Assembly (NCBI GenBank): GCA_945787615.1 | Contig: CALZJI010000002.1 | Coordinates: forward strand, 1-57,335 | Reading direction: 5' to 3' | From: an uncultured Chromatiaceae bacterium | Lineage (GTDB): Bacteria > Pseudomonadota > Gammaproteobacteria > JAADHS01 | DNA length: 57,335 nucleotides | In this document: positions 25,393 through 32,579 of the stretch, piece by piece | Layout of the letters: every line of letters begins with the position of its first letter | How positions within the stretch are numbered: position 1 is the first letter of the stretch | The notes under the pieces: generated by a model | What the model was told of the DNA's origin: nothing | The model's input: the letters and a program-made list of their open reading frames with translations, nothing else | Databases searched by the model: none | Made by a program: the position numbers and the translations under genes

Positions 25393-27039
25393 ATGAATGC
25401 GGACGACTTCAAAGCGCGTTTTGAAAAATTACGCCGGGATTACGTCGCAACGCTGGACGAGCGGGTGCTTGAGATTGAATCGTTATGCAATAGCTTGGGC
25501 GAACCGACAAAGCGGATGAACGTGCTCACAGCGCTGGGGCACCGTAGTCATAATCTTGCCGGATCCGGTGCAACGTACGGTTTCTCCGAAGTGAGTGACG
25601 TCGCGAGACAACTAGAGCAGTTTGCGACATTGTATCTCGCACAGCCCGACAACGTGAATGCCGAAAGCATATCCGACAGCCAACGGTTGTGTGGTGCCTT
25701 ACACGAGGCGGTAAAGGCGGGTGGTCCGGTTCCATTAGCCGATTTTCCGTCCATTAGGCAGGCAACCGCCGAAGATAACGACGAGTTTAAGCTAATTTAT
25801 TTAGTCGGCGACGATATCGACCTTATGGGCAAGTTAGAGCTCCAACTCTCCCGCTTTGGCTATAGCGTACGCGTATTTCATACGGTTACCCAACTACGGG
25901 ATGCCTTGACGCTTACCCTGCCGGGGGCGATCGTTATGGACGTCGCATTCCCCGAGGACCCACTGGGTGGACCCAACTTCATTGGCAAAATATGTCAGCG
26001 CGTACGACATCACCCGCCGGTAATTTTTATGTCCGAACGAGCCGATCTTGAATCAAGGCTTGAGGCGGTTCGAAGCGGTGGTATAGCCTACTTAAAAAAA
26101 CCTTTCGGAGCCGGCCATCTTGTAGATGAGCTCGATAGGCTGTTCAGTGACGAGAGCCGTGAACCCCATCGCGCTCTACTTGTTGATGATTCCCCATCGT
26201 TCAACAGTTATTTTTCCCTGGTTTTGGAACAAGCGGGCGTTGAGGGAGAAATTGTTTCTGATCCTATCCACGTACTCGATACCATTCGCACCTTTCGCCC
26301 CGAATTGATCCTCTTGGATATGTACATGCCAAGGTGTAGCGGCGTGGAACTCGCCCAGGTTATCCGTCAAGTGGAGGACTTTGTGAGCATTCCTATTGTG
26401 TTTTTATCGACGGAGACAAACCTCGGGAAACAATTGTCCGCGATGCAATTTGGTGCTGACGATTTCCTCGTTAAGCCGATTGAGCCGGTGCATCTCATTG
26501 CGTCGATAAAAAGTCGCGTTGAACGCTATCGCGCGTTGCGAACGATGATGGTACGCGACAGCTTGACGGGGTTGCTCAATCATACGGCGCTAAAAGAACA
26601 GCTAGACAACCAATTGGCAAGGGTACAGCGCGAACACCAACTGTTGGCGTTCGTCATGATTGATCTCGACCACTTTAAGAAAGTTAATGACACCTATGGA
26701 CATGCGGCGGGCGATCGTGTAATCCGAGGGTTGGCGCGTATGTTACGCCAACGATTGCGTAAATCGGATGCGGTAGGACGCTACGGCGGAGAAGAGTTTG
26801 CCGCTGTGCTTCCGGCGGCTACGGCGGATCAGGCGCGACAAATTATGGAAGAGATTCGTGAAGATTTCGCAAACCTGAAGTTTATTAGCAACGACGTGGA
26901 ATTTTCCGCCACGTTTAGCTGTGGAATCGCGACGTTCCCAGGTTTTTCAGACGCTGTAGAGCTGTCAATAGCCGCAGATGAAGCTCTTTATCGAGCAAAG
27001 GATCAAGGGCGAAATTGTATCGTGTTGGCGACGATCTGA
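25393..27039 (+). CDS. Hpt-REC-REC-GGDEF diguanylate cyclase
   Basis: The N-terminal Hpt motif is HRSHNLAGSGATYGF. The two receiver domains show IYLVGDDIDL...AIVMDVAFP and ALLVDDSPSF...LILLDMYMPRCSG...FLVKP. The GGDEF domain is intact (FVMIDLDHFKKVNDTYGHAAGD, GRYGGEEFAAVLP, ALYRAKDQGRN). Confidence 0.9.
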   Translation: MNADDFKARFEKLRRDYVATLDERVLEIESLCNSLGEPTKRMNVLTALGHRSHNLAGSGATYGFSEVSDVARQLEQFATLYLAQPDNVNAESISDSQRLCGALHEAVKAGGPVPLADFPSIRQATAEDNDEFKLIYLVGDDIDLMGKLELQLSRFGYSVRVFHTVTQLRDALTLTLPGAIVMDVAFPEDPLGGPNFIGKICQRVRHHPPVIFMSERADLESRLEAVRSGGIAYLKKPFGAGHLVDELDRLFSDESREPHRALLVDDSPSFNSYFSLVLEQAGVEGEIVSDPIHVLDTIRTFRPELILLDMYMPRCSGVELAQVIRQVEDFVSIPIVFLSTETNLGKQLSAMQFGADDFLVKPIEPVHLIASIKSRVERYRALRTMMVRDSLTGLLNHTALKEQLDNQLARVQREHQLLAFVMIDLDHFKKVNDTYGHAAGDRVIRGLARMLRQRLRKSDAVGRYGGEEFAAVLPAATADQARQIMEEIREDFANLKFISNDVEFSATFSCGIATFPGFSDAVELSIAADEALYRAKDQGRNCIVLATI

Positions 27040-27148
27040 ATCCGTCAGTTCATGACGGCGCGTAGCACAGCATTACTGGTGAGCAATGCGGGCTAGGCCC
27101 ACCTCGGTATTATTGCTTTATAACCCATGGATACGGTAAAAGGTAGTC

Positions 27149-28699
27149 ATGGAGAGCATGCACCAAATGAATCGATCGGGCTTTTTGGATTGGGTGGAAC
27201 GCGTCGGTAATCGTCTTCCCCATCCGGCCACGTTATTCTTCCTCGGCGCGCTGTTGGTCATGGCGCTTTCCCAGATAGCGGTGATCATGGGATGGTCCGT
27301 CGACAAGGTAGTGGCCGCCGATGGCGCCACGGGCACTAAAATTGAGGCTGTTGAGGCGGTTGGATTATTGAACGCCGACGGTACCTGGTGGGTGGCGAGC
27401 CATCTGATCGACAATTTTATGAGCTTTCCACCCCTCGGACTGGTGCTTGTTGCCATGCTCGGCATAGGGGTGGCGGAGCGCAGTGGCTTAATTCCCGCGC
27501 TCATTATCCGCATAATGGAATCCGTGCCGTCGACCTTTCTCACGCCAGCTGTCGTGCTGGTGGGTATCCTGTCGTCGGTTGCGCTGGACGCAGGTTATAT
27601 TGTGTTGCCGCCTTTGGCGGCGGCGTTATACGCCGCGGTGGGGCGATCGCCGTTGGCCGGTTTGGCCGCGGCGTTTGCCGGCGTTTCTGCGGGATTTAGC
27701 GCTAATTTTATTATTACCGCCGTAGACCCTTTGCTCGCGGGCTTGACCCAAGCCGCGGCCCAAGTTCTCGATACGGATTATCGCGTTGCGGTGACCGCAA
27801 ACTGGTGGTTCATGATCGTCTCGACTGTGCTGTTGACCTTAGCCGGTTGGTTCGTGACATCTCGCTGGGTAGAGCCCCGGTTGCCAAGCCAACAACGGGG
27901 AAGCGCTGGGACGGAGACCGAAGAGGCAACGTCGGGGGCTGTCCAGCGCGGAGACGAAAGGCGGGGTCTACGAGCTGCCGGGGTCGCTTTCTCATTGACG
28001 TTACTTGTGGTTTTGCTACTTATTCTTGTTCCCGGAGCGCCACTTTACGGCCCCGGCGAGCGGTTCTCTCGCTGGGTTGAGGCGATGGTGCCTCTGCTGC
28101 TAACGTTGTTTTTGATTCCCGCCCTGGCTTATGGCTTTGGCGCTAAAACGCTACAGACCGACAAAGACGTCGCGCGGTTGCTCGGGGATACCATGGCCAG
28201 TCTTGGCCCGTACATTGTCCTGGCATTTTTTGCTGCTCAGTTTATTGAGTTTTTCAAATATTCGCGATTGGGAGAGATGTTGGCAATTGTCGGGGGCCAG
28301 GCGTTGGCCGCCGCGGCGTTGCCGCCGGCTTTGTTGATGACCGGCTTTATCGTGCTGGTTTTACTCGGCAATCTGCTAATTGGGTCGGCATCAGCCAAGT
28401 ATGCGTTTTTAGCCCCCGTGTTTGTGCCCATGTTCATGCAAGCGGGAATCAGCCCCGAATTAACCCAGGCGGCATATCGGGTGGGTGACTCGGTGAGTAA
28501 TGTTATTACGCCTTTCAATCCTTACATGGTGATAATCCTAGCATTTATGCAGCGTTATACTGCGCAGGCGGGTATTGGCACGTTAGTATCGATCATGTTG
28601 CCGTACACCATCGTTTTCATTGTGGTATGGAGCCTGTTGCTAGTAGCTTGGATCCTTAGCGGCATAGAACTTGGTCCAGCGGGACCGTTGTTTTATTGA
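27149..28699 (+). CDS. AbgT-family transporter (p-aminobenzoyl-glutamate / short-peptide or antimetabolite transporter family)
   Basis: The N-terminus GFLDWVERVGNRLPHPATLFFLGALLVM is characteristic of AbgT/MtrF proteins. The protein is polytopic and hydrophobic throughout, at ~510 aa. Confidence 0.8.
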   Translation: MESMHQMNRSGFLDWVERVGNRLPHPATLFFLGALLVMALSQIAVIMGWSVDKVVAADGATGTKIEAVEAVGLLNADGTWWVASHLIDNFMSFPPLGLVLVAMLGIGVAERSGLIPALIIRIMESVPSTFLTPAVVLVGILSSVALDAGYIVLPPLAAALYAAVGRSPLAGLAAAFAGVSAGFSANFIITAVDPLLAGLTQAAAQVLDTDYRVAVTANWWFMIVSTVLLTLAGWFVTSRWVEPRLPSQQRGSAGTETEEATSGAVQRGDERRGLRAAGVAFSLTLLVVLLLILVPGAPLYGPGERFSRWVEAMVPLLLTLFLIPALAYGFGAKTLQTDKDVARLLGDTMASLGPYIVLAFFAAQFIEFFKYSRLGEMLAIVGGQALAAAALPPALLMTGFIVLVLLGNLLIGSASAKYAFLAPVFVPMFMQAGISPELTQAAYRVGDSVSNVITPFNPYMVIILAFMQRYTAQAGIGTLVSIMLPYTIVFIVVWSLLLVAWILSGIELGPAGPLFY

Positions 28700-28850
28700 G
28701 GGGAGGTGTCTGGAGTCTCGGAGTTCAATGTCTCAGTTGCGGTAGCGACGAGCAACATTAAGGGGCTTAGGGCCCGTTCGTGGCCAATGTGAAAAGGCAA
28801 GCGGCGTAACCCTGCCGAGGTTTCCCGAAGTCGCTGCGTAGGCGATTATT

Positions 28851-29636
28851 CTAGCTTGCATGAGCAAAACCTCGCTCGGACTTCCTGATAAACGTTGATA
28901 GCTGGCGTACCGCATCGCTTTCAATGCCATCCAACTCTTCCAAGGCACGGTTTAACGATAAATGGGAACCGAACAATATTCTATACGCTCTTTTTAACGC
29001 ACTACGCTCATCAGGCGATACGCCCGCGCGTTTGAGGCCTACAACATTAAGGCCGCGAGCGCGAGCTGGATTGCCGTCGGTGGTAATGTAGGGCAGGCAG
29101 TCCTGGGTAATTTTTGAAACGCCACCGAGCATCGCGAGGGTACCAACTCGGCAGAATTGGTGAATTCCCACAGCGGCTGAGACGAATGCACGGTCCCCTA
29201 CTGTCACGTGTCCCGCAAGTAAGCCGTTGTTTGAGATAGTTATGTTATTACCGACGACGCAATCATGCGCAACGTGAGCATAAGCCATCAGGTAATTGTG
29301 GTTACCGAGTTTTGTTGCTTGGCCTGAATAGATTGAGCGCTGGACAGTAACGCCCTCACGGAGAACATTGTCGTCACCGATTTCCACATAGGTCTCGTGC
29401 CTGGGGAAATTGACATATTGGGGCGTCCCACCGATTACGGCATGCTCGTGGACCGTGTTGCGCTTGCCCAGCTGCGTATGTTGTTTGATGACAGCGTGTG
29501 CGCCAATATCGCAGTCATCGCCGATTTCCACGTTGGACTCGATGACGGCATACGGGCCAATACGCACATTTTCGCCTAAGCGCGCAGCGGTGTCTATCAC
29601 GGCCGTAGGGTGAATCTTTGCGATGGGATTATTCAT
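28851..29636 (-). CDS. lpxA: Acyl-ACP:UDP-N-acetylglucosamine O-acyltransferase
   Basis: The length is 261 aa. The hexapeptide-repeat N-terminus (IHPTAVIDTAARLGENVRIGPYAVIESNVEIGDDCDIGAHAVI) and the LpxA-specific C-terminal helical domain (AHVAHDCVVGNN, IHQFCRVG, GLNVVGLKRAG, LKRAYRILF) parallel E. coli LpxA along the whole length. Confidence 0.85.
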   Translation of the reverse strand: MNNPIAKIHPTAVIDTAARLGENVRIGPYAVIESNVEIGDDCDIGAHAVIKQHTQLGKRNTVHEHAVIGGTPQYVNFPRHETYVEIGDDNVLREGVTVQRSIYSGQATKLGNHNYLMAYAHVAHDCVVGNNITISNNGLLAGHVTVGDRAFVSAAVGIHQFCRVGTLAMLGGVSKITQDCLPYITTDGNPARARGLNVVGLKRAGVSPDERSALKRAYRILFGSHLSLNRALEELDGIESDAVRQLSTFIRKSERGFAHAS

Positions 29637-29708
29637 GATGCGGTTGTGAGCACGTTAGTTTCTCATTTCAATCGGTTTTTTTTCGATCGGAAAGGGCTTT
29701 CTAGTAAG

Positions 29709-29892
29709 AAATCCGGGCTAGCCCGCATTTCACACCAGGACGGGCGATGATCGCGCAGGAATTTGTTCTCACAAGAACTTTTCTGAGCGAGAGGAATACA
29801 AGGAGTCTTTCCGAGTGAAGAACATTTCTTGTGGGAACAAAGGACAAGCGAGGGTGCTCGGATCTGGCGGGAAATGCGGGCTTTAGTCCGGC
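29709..29892. repeat. Imperfect palindromic intergenic repeat element; member of a dispersed family
   Basis: The arms pair: agcccgcatttc...tttgttctcacaagaa with ttcttgtgggaacaa...gaaatgcgggct. The central 36-nt core ctgagcgagaggaatacaaggagtctttccgagtga (29783-29818) recurs at 50851-50886 with 34/36 identity. gatcgcgcagga (29749-29760) recurs at 50725-50736. Confidence 0.7.
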
Positions 29893-29945
29893 GTCAAGAA
29901 ACGGATTCATTTTCTCGCGTGGCGTATTACCGATCATCATGTTCG

Positions 29946-30950
29946 TCAACTACCTAGGAATTGATGTTGAGCGGCGTTTGCGGTGGGCTGTTCGGTGGGT
30001 TCGTGTGTCGACGAAATTTTGATCGAGCGAGAGATTTCCATAGCGACCTCTAATGCCCGTAGACCGTCTTCGCCGGAAACCTGCGGCGGTGTATCTGATT
30101 TCACGGCGTGTACGAACGCTTGTATTTCGTTCAGTAACACATCGGCCGTTTCAAATCCACGTTCCTCTATGTCGATCCGAGGTGGCTCGCTTTCGGTGCG
30201 AATTTGGTCGCTCTTGCGGTGTATGGAAACCTTTCTCTTATGGCAGTCAATAGAGATGTAGGTGCTGGGTTGAAAAACGCGGATTTTACGTAACTGTTTG
30301 TTGCTTATTCGACTTGCAATCACGTTAGCCACGCAACCGTCCGCAAATTCCAATCTGGCGTTGGCGATATCGATTTTATCCGTAAGTACCGGTACGCCAA
30401 TCGATTGAATGCTCACCAGAGGGCTTGCTGTCATGGTTAAAATAAGGTCGATATCGTGAATCATTAAGTCCAGGACGACATCGACGTCCGTGCCGCGCAC
30501 ATTGAATGGTGCTAACCGGTGGGTTTCGATAAAAAGAGGGTTTTTCAGCTCGTCTCTAATAGCTACAACCGCCGGATTGAACCGTTCGAGGTGACCGATC
30601 TGAAAGATGGTGTTGTTTTTGTTCGCCAACTCAACAAGTTGCCGCCCCTCTTCCAGGGTCTGCGCAATGGGTTTTTCGAGTAACGTGGCAATCCCCGAAG
30701 CAAGAAAATAGCCGGCCGTCTCAAAGTGATGTTCCGTAGGTACGGCGATAGAGACCAAATCGACTTGATTAAGAATGTCACGGTAATCTGAATACGGTTG
30801 AGCGCCAAAGCGATCGGCAACGCGCTGCGCTTTCGCCAAGTCTATATCCACAACCGCGACAAGCTTTACATCGGACAGGGAGGCATATTTTTCGACGTGA
30901 AACGTTCCGAGATACCCGGCTCCTACTACCGCCGCGCGTTTTTTATTCAT
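29946..30950 (-). CDS. Gfo/Idh/MocA-family NAD(P)-dependent oxidoreductase
   Basis: It has an N-terminal Rossmann motif (AAVVGAGYLGTFHVEKY) and typical family spacing (EKP, QIGHLERFNP). It lies upstream of lpxA on the same strand. Confidence 0.8.
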   Translation of the reverse strand: MNKKRAAVVGAGYLGTFHVEKYASLSDVKLVAVVDIDLAKAQRVADRFGAQPYSDYRDILNQVDLVSIAVPTEHHFETAGYFLASGIATLLEKPIAQTLEEGRQLVELANKNNTIFQIGHLERFNPAVVAIRDELKNPLFIETHRLAPFNVRGTDVDVVLDLMIHDIDLILTMTASPLVSIQSIGVPVLTDKIDIANARLEFADGCVANVIASRISNKQLRKIRVFQPSTYISIDCHKRKVSIHRKSDQIRTESEPPRIDIEERGFETADVLLNEIQAFVHAVKSDTPPQVSGEDGLRALEVAMEISRSIKISSTHEPTEQPTANAAQHQFLGS

Positions 30951-31310
30951 CTTGGATTCCGGTTTCTGTCACTTTACAAGAAGGCGTACGCGTTCGGTCG
31001 CTTAGTTGCCGCCATTCGCTCCCTAGTCGCCCGCGCTAATACGTGTCTCTACACGTCTTCAACCAGAGATTTTATCGCAACGCGACCTGTTAGTGTAACC
31101 GAAATCGTTTTTTCGCGTTCTCTGTGATTTTATTGATTGCGCTACCACGCGGGGAAAACGGGTGACATTCCCTATTGCATTATTTCCCGAAGCCGAGATT
31201 GTTGGTGAGAAATTCAGGCGAGACGCTTGTTCGCGTCTAAATCTATCGCTGGAAACAATAATCAGGCGATAGCGAGCTGAGTTGAAGAGCAATAATGGGC
31301 GAGCAGATCG

Positions 31311-32300
31311 TTATAATCGGGTCGCCTTGATACCGAAAAATGTTTTGTCGAAAATCGATTCCGCGTCGATGATGGACGCCCTTTCTCGGCGCAATTCTTC
31401 GGCGAATTCGTAAAGGGATCTTTCAGTAACGACCTTGTAGCGGCGATTCACAAAAGTGAAGCCTGCATATTCATCGCCTTCCCAAGCGAGTTTACCGCGA
31501 ACGCGTTTCCCGTCGTCTGGTCGGAATTCAACCCATGTGCCTGGCTCAAGAGAACGCACCTGATCGGTATATTCGTCCTCAATGCGAGGCCCATGATCTC
31601 GCACCAGGTCAAAACCCATGTCCGTCATCATTTTCTCAAAACTCTCTAGACCGGAAGGTTTCACACCCTTAGCCTCGTTGTGGTCGGCTGCCGGCGCAAC
31701 GTCTAGCTCGGCAAGTGATTCGAGCTGCCTTTCCAACCGTTTTATTAACGTGTTGATCTCAACGGGTTCTTCGGGCGGCTGTGTAGGCGGGTTCGACGCG
31801 CGGCTTTTCTCGACGCATTCGTTGCGGCTTAATGAATTAGATAATCCGTCGGTGTCGCCGCGGACGCTCGCGATATGATAGGTTTCCAACATAGCGATAA
31901 TGGTCTCCGTGTCCCTTTCACCAAGATTGATGTAGCTCAAGCCTTGGCGCAATGTAGAGAGAAGTTGAGGTATTAAACGGACGAGCCGGCGTTGTTCTGC
32001 GGGTGTTTTCTTCGGCCCGATGCTCCAGGCTAATTCCTTGATAAAGCCGACTGCTGTTGATCGCATAGGGCTTCTGTCGCCCTCTTTTAGGGTTATTTGC
32101 GTGATCACATCAGCCCACTTTTCTTTCAAGAAACTTCCGATGTTTCTGGGTATTGCGGATCTCGACAATTGAGAGGCAATATCGTCAGCGACCTTGCGCC
32201 TAACGCGTCTGAAGGACGTGGATGACAGCCTTTTAGATTTACTGTCGTTGCGCGGTAGCGTCCCAAGATTATCGTTGTAAGAGGCGAGTAATTGTTCCAT
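31311..32300 (-). CDS. Short paralog (329 aa) that corresponds only to the C-terminal ~40% of the adjacent DUF1631-like protein
   Basis: It is collinear with aa ~530-819 of ORF 32580..35039. For example, KEGDRSPMRSTAVGFIKELAWS matches KEGDDSPMRSTALNFVSDLVWS, and both carry an identical KRVRGKLAWEGDEYAG. Confidence 0.75.
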   Translation of the reverse strand: MEQLLASYNDNLGTLPRNDSKSKRLSSTSFRRVRRKVADDIASQLSRSAIPRNIGSFLKEKWADVITQITLKEGDRSPMRSTAVGFIKELAWSIGPKKTPAEQRRLVRLIPQLLSTLRQGLSYINLGERDTETIIAMLETYHIASVRGDTDGLSNSLSRNECVEKSRASNPPTQPPEEPVEINTLIKRLERQLESLAELDVAPAADHNEAKGVKPSGLESFEKMMTDMGFDLVRDHGPRIEDEYTDQVRSLEPGTWVEFRPDDGKRVRGKLAWEGDEYAGFTFVNRRYKVVTERSLYEFAEELRRERASIIDAESIFDKTFFGIKATRL

Positions 32301-32579
32301 GACCTAAACACAACTCTTGTTTGTTTAACGGACGGCTGATTTCTCTGCCGTTATAGGACCGATAGCAAAGATGGGGCCAAAAAATAAATAGGCTTTAAAA
32401 GCAACGGTTTAAGGTTTTGGGGTGGGGGCGTAGATTGCGCTTTTAGCGACAGTATGTAAGGAAAAACGACAGGTTTCGTGTTACGCGTAGGAGCGCAAAA
32501 AATCCGCCGACGACAAAGATGGAATGGAGCGGGCCCGTGTGGTGGCCGCGATCTTGAAGACTACACCCTCGGGCTAACG

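Noticed and set aside
27118-27543. 141-aa ORF antisense to the 5' end of the AbgT gene
   Set aside because: The plus-strand frame has the diagnostic AbgT N-terminus and continues for 516 codons. The minus-strand ORF has no motif.
27149-28699. Functional link between the AbgT (aminobenzoyl-glutamate) transporter and the polyglutamate-like operon
   Set aside because: The two are separated by 5.6 kb and three unrelated transcription units on the other strand. The only link is the word glutamate, and there is no sequence evidence.
29701-29949. ORFs 29701..29949 (-) and 50708..50911 (-) inside the dispersed repeat copies
   Set aside because: The shared 36-nt core is read in different frames in the two ORFs (SERLLVFLSLRK versus RKDPVYSSRSD). 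The conservation is therefore at the nucleotide level, not the protein level.
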